Both the position numbers and the translations under genes were made by a program. The notes under the pieces were generated by a model. That model did not search any database. It saw only the letters and a list, made by a program, of their open reading frames with translations, and was not told the DNA's origin. A DNA stretch of 64,000 bases, taken from an uncultured delta proteobacterium. GTDB lineage: Bacteria; Myxococcota_A; Polyangia; Polyangiales; B10-G4. Positions 60,213 through 64,000 of the stretch are shown piece by piece (within the stretch, counting starts at the first letter, position 1; the number at the start of each line of letters is the position of its first letter). The DNA lies in the NCBI GenBank assembly GCA_963727445.1, contig CAVSGI010000010.1, positions 640,001 through 704,000 of the forward strand. The letters are read 5' to 3'.

Positions 60213-61016
60213 ATGAAGACCCCCGGAGAGACCGTCCGCTACGCGCTCGAGGACGGAGTCGCGACCATCACCCTCGACCGCCCCGAATCGCTGAACGCGA
60301 TGAACGAGACGCTGATGCACGACCTCCGCGCCGCGCTCGGCTACGTGGAGGAGGACCCGCGGGTGCGCGTCGTCGTGCTCACGGGTGCAGGACGCGGGTT
60401 CTGCTCGGGCGCGGACCTCGAGGTGGTCGCCCAGCTCGACGCGGAAGACGATGCCACCGTCGAACGCGTCATGGACGGCATCTTCCACCCAGCGCTTCGC
60501 GCCCTCGTCGAGTGTCCGGTGCCCACGGTGGCGCGTGTCCAGGGCGTCGCCGCCGGCGGAGGCTTCGGCCTCGCCCTCGGGTGTGACATCGCCGTCGCAG
60601 CGCACTCCGCCACCTTCGTCGCCACCTTCGGCCCCCGCCTCGGCATCGTGCCGGACTTCGGGACCACCTGGAGCCTCCCGCGCCGCGTCGGGCGCGCGCG
60701 CGCCCTGGGGCTCGCGATGCTCGGCGAGAAGATCGACGCCGTGCAGGCCGAACAGTGGGGACTGATCTGGAAGGCGGTCGCGGACGATGCACTCGACGCC
60801 GAGGTCTCGAAGATCGCCCGAGCGCTGGCGCGGACGTCGCCGAGCGCCATGACCCGCATCCGCGAGACCATCGACCAGGCCGCTGACCACAGCCTCAGCG
60901 CTCAGCTCGACGTGGAGATGGCGCACCAGAAAGTGCTGGTCCCACGCAACATGAAGGCAGCCGCTCGCGCCTTCCTCGAGAAGCGCGAGCCCGAGTTCGG
61001 ACCCGAGCGCGACTGA
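60213..61016 (+). CDS. Enoyl-CoA hydratase/isomerase (PaaG-like)
   Basis: ITLDRPESLNA, LTGAGRGFCSGADL, AAGGGFGLALGCD, LGIVPD.G. Confidence 0.9.
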   Translation: MKTPGETVRYALEDGVATITLDRPESLNAMNETLMHDLRAALGYVEEDPRVRVVVLTGAGRGFCSGADLEVVAQLDAEDDATVERVMDGIFHPALRALVECPVPTVARVQGVAAGGGFGLALGCDIAVAAHSATFVATFGPRLGIVPDFGTTWSLPRRVGRARALGLAMLGEKIDAVQAEQWGLIWKAVADDALDAEVSKIARALARTSPSAMTRIRETIDQAADHSLSAQLDVEMAHQKVLVPRNMKAAARAFLEKREPEFGPERD

Positions 61017-61028
61017 GCCAGACGCGCG

Positions 61029-61062
61029 TCGGCGCTCGCCACCGCAGGGGAGCGAGCGCCGA
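61029..61062. terminator. GC-rich hairpin between convergent genes
   Basis: Perfect 11-bp stem TCGGCGCTCGC / GCGAGCGCCGA with a 12-nt loop; no U-tract. Confidence 0.45.
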
Positions 61063-61081
61063 AGCATCGGTCTCGTGTCGG

Positions 61082-61984
61082 TCAGCCCCCGACGGGGCCG
61101 CAGTCCGTGCAGTCGGTGCCGGATTCGCAGAGGCTGTAGTGCGAGCCGGGGCGACCGTCGTCGCACTCGCCGTCGCCCGCGGTCACGCACGTGTCGTTGC
61201 AGGTCGCGTCGGGCATCGCGAGGCACGTACCCATCACGTTGTCGCAGGTCTGCCCGTCGGGGCAGGCGCCGTCCATGGTGCCGCAGGCCTCGCCGCAGAC
61301 CGTCCCGCACTCCCGGCCGTCACACGAGCAGGCCACGCAGCTGCCAGCCCGGCAGGTCTGCATGTCCGGGCAGGCGCCATCCATGGTGCCGCACGTCCCT
61401 CCGGCCCCGTCGGCGCCACACTCGCGACCCATGCACATCGCGGTGCGGCACTGCGACCGGTAGCAGACTTCGGGATCGGAGCACGATCCGCAGTCCATCA
61501 TCCCGCAGGCGTCCATGCCGCAGCCGATGGCGTCGCAGCCGCAGGCCACGCAGGACGAGCCCATGCACATCGAGCCCGCCCCGCAATCGCCGCAGGTCCC
61601 GCCGCAACCGTCGCTCCCGCACTCCGCCCCGTCGCAGCTGGGCACGCAGCCCGCGGGATCGCGCGGACCACAGTCCGTACAGTCGGAGCCGTAGTCGCAG
61701 ACCGAGGTGTCGGACCCATCTCCCCCATCGTCGCACTCCCCGTCGCCGACCCACTCGTTGTCGGTGCCGCAAGAGTCGTTGCAGAGGGTTGCGCTGGTGC
61801 TGCCGTCGCCACCCGTGGTGCTGCCGTCGCCGCCCGTGGTGCTGCCGTCGCCACCCGTGGTGCTGCCGTCGCCGCCGGTCGTGCCGGAATCGGAGGTCGT
61901 TCGTCCCCCGTCGGAGTTGCAGCCGGCCACCAGGACCAGGCTGGCCAGCAGGATCAAGCTCGTCAAAGCGCGGTTCGTCGTCAT
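61082..61984 (-). CDS. Cys-rich lipoprotein with CGxDGCGGxCG repeats
   Basis: GGAGG RBS; lipobox VAGC; duplicated CNDxC..DGECDDG..C..GxDCTDCGP modules. Confidence 0.85.
   Translation of the reverse strand: MTTNRALTSLILLASLVLVAGCNSDGGRTTSDSGTTGGDGSTTGGDGSTTGGDGSTTGGDGSTSATLCNDSCGTDNEWVGDGECDDGGDGSDTSVCDYGSDCTDCGPRDPAGCVPSCDGAECGSDGCGGTCGDCGAGSMCMGSSCVACGCDAIGCGMDACGMMDCGSCSDPEVCYRSQCRTAMCMGRECGADGAGGTCGTMDGACPDMQTCRAGSCVACSCDGRECGTVCGEACGTMDGACPDGQTCDNVMGTCLAMPDATCNDTCVTAGDGECDDGRPGSHYSLCESGTDCTDCGPVGG
61797..61880. repeat. 4 x 21-bp in-frame tandem repeat (TGGDGST)
   Basis: GTGCTGCCGTCGCC(A/G)CCCGTG units at 61797, 61818, 61839 and 61860 (last copy degenerate). Confidence 0.9.
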
Positions 61985-62017
61985 CCGTCCATCCTCCAGG
62001 TGCAGGACCGTTCCCCT

Positions 62018-62033
62018 TGCGAAGGTCGTGCCC
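62018..62033 (-). promoter_or_regulatory. sigma-54-like promoter for 61082..61984
   Basis: Minus strand GGGCACGACCTTCGCA = GGCACG-N4-TCGC. Confidence 0.55.
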
Positions 62034-62198
62034 CTGAGTGGGGACACTGAAATCCGGGACATTTCCGCACCTCGGACGAGGCGATCGGCTATTGGAGTGG
62101 CCGGGCGTCGGAGCCGCGCGTGCGCCGGATGCGGCGATCGAGCCACGTGCACCACACGGGCTCGAGGGGTGCGGAGTCCATCCCTGACACACGCCATC

Positions 62199-62216
62199 TG
62201 TCCGACACTGCGGACA
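62199..62216. promoter_or_regulatory. palindrome, candidate enhancer-binding-protein site
   Basis: TGTCCG-ACACTG-CGGACA between two divergent sigma-54-like promoters. Confidence 0.45.
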
Positions 62217-62277
62217 AGAGTCCCTAGCACATCCAGTTTTCGCCCGTGATCTCGGCACCTGGCCTTCGGTGGGGAGG

Positions 62278-62293
62278 GGGCACAGCCCTTGCT
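62278..62293 (+). promoter_or_regulatory. sigma-54-like promoter for the DUF1592 operon
   Basis: GGGCACAGCCCTTGCT matches GGCAC-N5-TTGC. Confidence 0.65.
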
Positions 62294-62306
62294 CACTGCT
62301 CCCTGC

Positions 62307-63956
62307 GTGCGGCACCTCTGCCTCTTCTTCGCTCTCCTCGCAGGCTGCACCGGTGCGATCTCCGACCCGCCGTCCGCGCCCGGCGGCCCGAGCCCGAGCG
62401 ATCCCCGTGCCCCGGGAACGGAGGTCGGGCCCTTCGCGCCGGGCCCGGCCACCATGCCCCGCCTCACCCAGGTCCAATACGCCAACGCCGTCGCGGACCT
62501 CTTCGGCGCCGGACTGCCGAGGATCAGCCTCGAAGCCGATCAGAACCCCCACCTCTTCTTCAACATCGGCGCCGCGTCGACGACGCTCTCGGAGTACGGC
62601 GCCCAGAGGTACGCGGACTCTGCGGACGCGATCACCGAGGCGCTCTTCACCGACGTCACCCGGCGCGTGGACCTGCTGGGCTGCGTGCCGACGAGCGGCG
62701 CCGACGGATGCGTCGAGCCCGCGCTCGCCGACCTCGGCCGCCGGATCTATCGCCGCCCGCTCACCGACGGCGAGCTCAGTCGCTGGCTCTCGGTCTCCGA
62801 GCAGGCGGGCGCGACCGACCCGTGGGACGGGCCGCGCTTCGCGATCTGGGGAATGCTCCAGTCGCCCAACTTCCTCTACCGTTCGAACGTCGGCGAGCCC
62901 GACCCCGCCGATCCCAGCCGGCGGCGTTACACCTCGTGGGAGATGGCCGAGCGGCTGTCGTTCTTCTTCTGGAACACGACACCCGACGCGGAGCTGCTCG
63001 ACGCCGCCGAACGAGGGGAGCTCCTCGACGATGCGAGTCTCTACGACCAGGCGATGCGGCTCGCCGAGGACACGCGCACGCGCGCGGCGGTGCAGGACTT
63101 CTTCGCGCAGTACCTCGACCTCGGCGGCCTCGCCTCGGTGGAGCGCACCGCCGAACGCTACCCCGAGTGGTCCGAGACCATGGCCTCGTCGATGGAGATG
63201 GAGCTCCGGCTCCTGGTCGACGACATCGTCTTCCGGCGCGACGGGGACCTCCGTGAGCTCTTCTCGACCCGTCGCACCTTCGTGAACAGCGAGCTTGCGA
63301 CGCTCTATGGTGTGTCGGCACCCGACGCGAGCCCGATCGCCTTCGTGCCCGTGGAGCTGCCGAGCGATGGGCCGCGGGCGGGGATCCTGACCCTCGGCGC
63401 GTTCCTCGCGATGAACGCCCACGAGTCGGAGACATCACCGACGAAGCGCGGCAAGTACGTGCGCGAACGCGTTCTCTGTCAATCGGTCCCGCCTCCTCCC
63501 GACAACGTGAACCTCGATCTGACGCAGAGTGAGGGCGAGACGACCACCCTGCGCGAGCGCCTCGAAGAGCATCGGCAGAACCCGGCCTGCGCGAGCTGCC
63601 ACTCCTTCATCGACCCGCCGGGCTTCCTCTTCGAGAGCTTCGACTCCATCGGTCGCTTCCGCACCGAGGTGGACGGCTACGCCGTCGACACCAGTGGCGA
63701 CCTCGACGGGACGCCCCTCGCCGACGCCACCGATCTCGCCACCGCGCTCCACGACGACCCCCGCGTCCCGGCGTGCATCGTTCGCCAGCTCTTCCGCCAC
63801 GCCAACGCGCGTCTCGAGACGGACTCGGAGGAGGCGGCGCTCGTCGAGCTCGAAGCGGCCTTCGCCGACTCCGGCTATCGCTTCCGCGACCTGATGGTCG
63901 CCCTGGCGATGTCGGAAGGCTTCCGCACGGTCTCGGATTCGGAGGGCTCGCGATGA
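62307..63956 (+). CDS. DUF1592/DUF1588/DUF1595-family (PSD) lipoprotein with CxxCH
   Basis: RLT..QYANAV.DL, LQSPNFLYR, EMAERLSFFFW..PD, TSPTKRG, CASCH..IDP.GF; lipobox LAGC. Confidence 0.9.
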   Translation: MRHLCLFFALLAGCTGAISDPPSAPGGPSPSDPRAPGTEVGPFAPGPATMPRLTQVQYANAVADLFGAGLPRISLEADQNPHLFFNIGAASTTLSEYGAQRYADSADAITEALFTDVTRRVDLLGCVPTSGADGCVEPALADLGRRIYRRPLTDGELSRWLSVSEQAGATDPWDGPRFAIWGMLQSPNFLYRSNVGEPDPADPSRRRYTSWEMAERLSFFFWNTTPDAELLDAAERGELLDDASLYDQAMRLAEDTRTRAAVQDFFAQYLDLGGLASVERTAERYPEWSETMASSMEMELRLLVDDIVFRRDGDLRELFSTRRTFVNSELATLYGVSAPDASPIAFVPVELPSDGPRAGILTLGAFLAMNAHESETSPTKRGKYVRERVLCQSVPPPPDNVNLDLTQSEGETTTLRERLEEHRQNPACASCHSFIDPPGFLFESFDSIGRFRTEVDGYAVDTSGDLDGTPLADATDLATALHDDPRVPACIVRQLFRHANARLETDSEEAALVELEAAFADSGYRFRDLMVALAMSEGFRTVSDSEGSR

Positions 63957-64000
63957 TCACGCGCCGGCGTCTCAGCCGACGAACCTTTCTCCGCGGAACG
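63953..64000 (+). CDS. 5' end of probable DUF1552 protein (Tat-like SRRTFLRG)
   Basis: ATGA overlap, GGAGG RBS, MITRRRLSRRTFLRGT; usual partner of DUF1592 genes. Truncated by the window end. Confidence 0.65.
   Translation, partial: MITRRRLSRRTFLRGT

Noticed and set aside
61797..61880. Tandem repeat as CRISPR array
   Set aside because: No spacers, in-frame coding repeat, no cas genes.

Overview
A very GC-rich bacterial window with a gene repertoire typical of Myxococcota (Polyangiales/Sandaracinaceae-like by inference). It has many Cys-rich or Asp/Gly-linker lipoproteins, two MYXO-CTERM proteins, TPR/PEGA proteins, a Ser/Thr kinase and a DUF1592/DUF1552 pair. The main loci are: (1) a standalone 2837-aa reducing type I PKS (KS-AT-DH-cMT-ER-KR-ACP-R) followed 15 bp later by a calexcitin/calerythrin-like EF-hand protein; (2) a standalone monomodular NRPS (C-A-PCP-TE) whose thioesterase has Cys instead of Ser as nucleophile; (3) a DAB-type inorganic-carbon transporter (DabA plus two NuoL/NuoM-like membrane subunits) divergent from a tandem-USP gene; (4) DNA polymerase II, greB, an OmpA-domain protein and a rhomboid protease. 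At DNA level, 16 genes have a TANNNT hexamer 6-8 nt before the start codon, suggesting leaderless transcription. There is also a pair of divergent sigma-54-like promoters flanking a palindrome, and seven reading-frame breaks, all in predicted exported proteins (sequencing error not excluded). No rRNA, tRNA, CRISPR array or mobile element was recognised. All family assignments are by motif recognition; no database searches were run.
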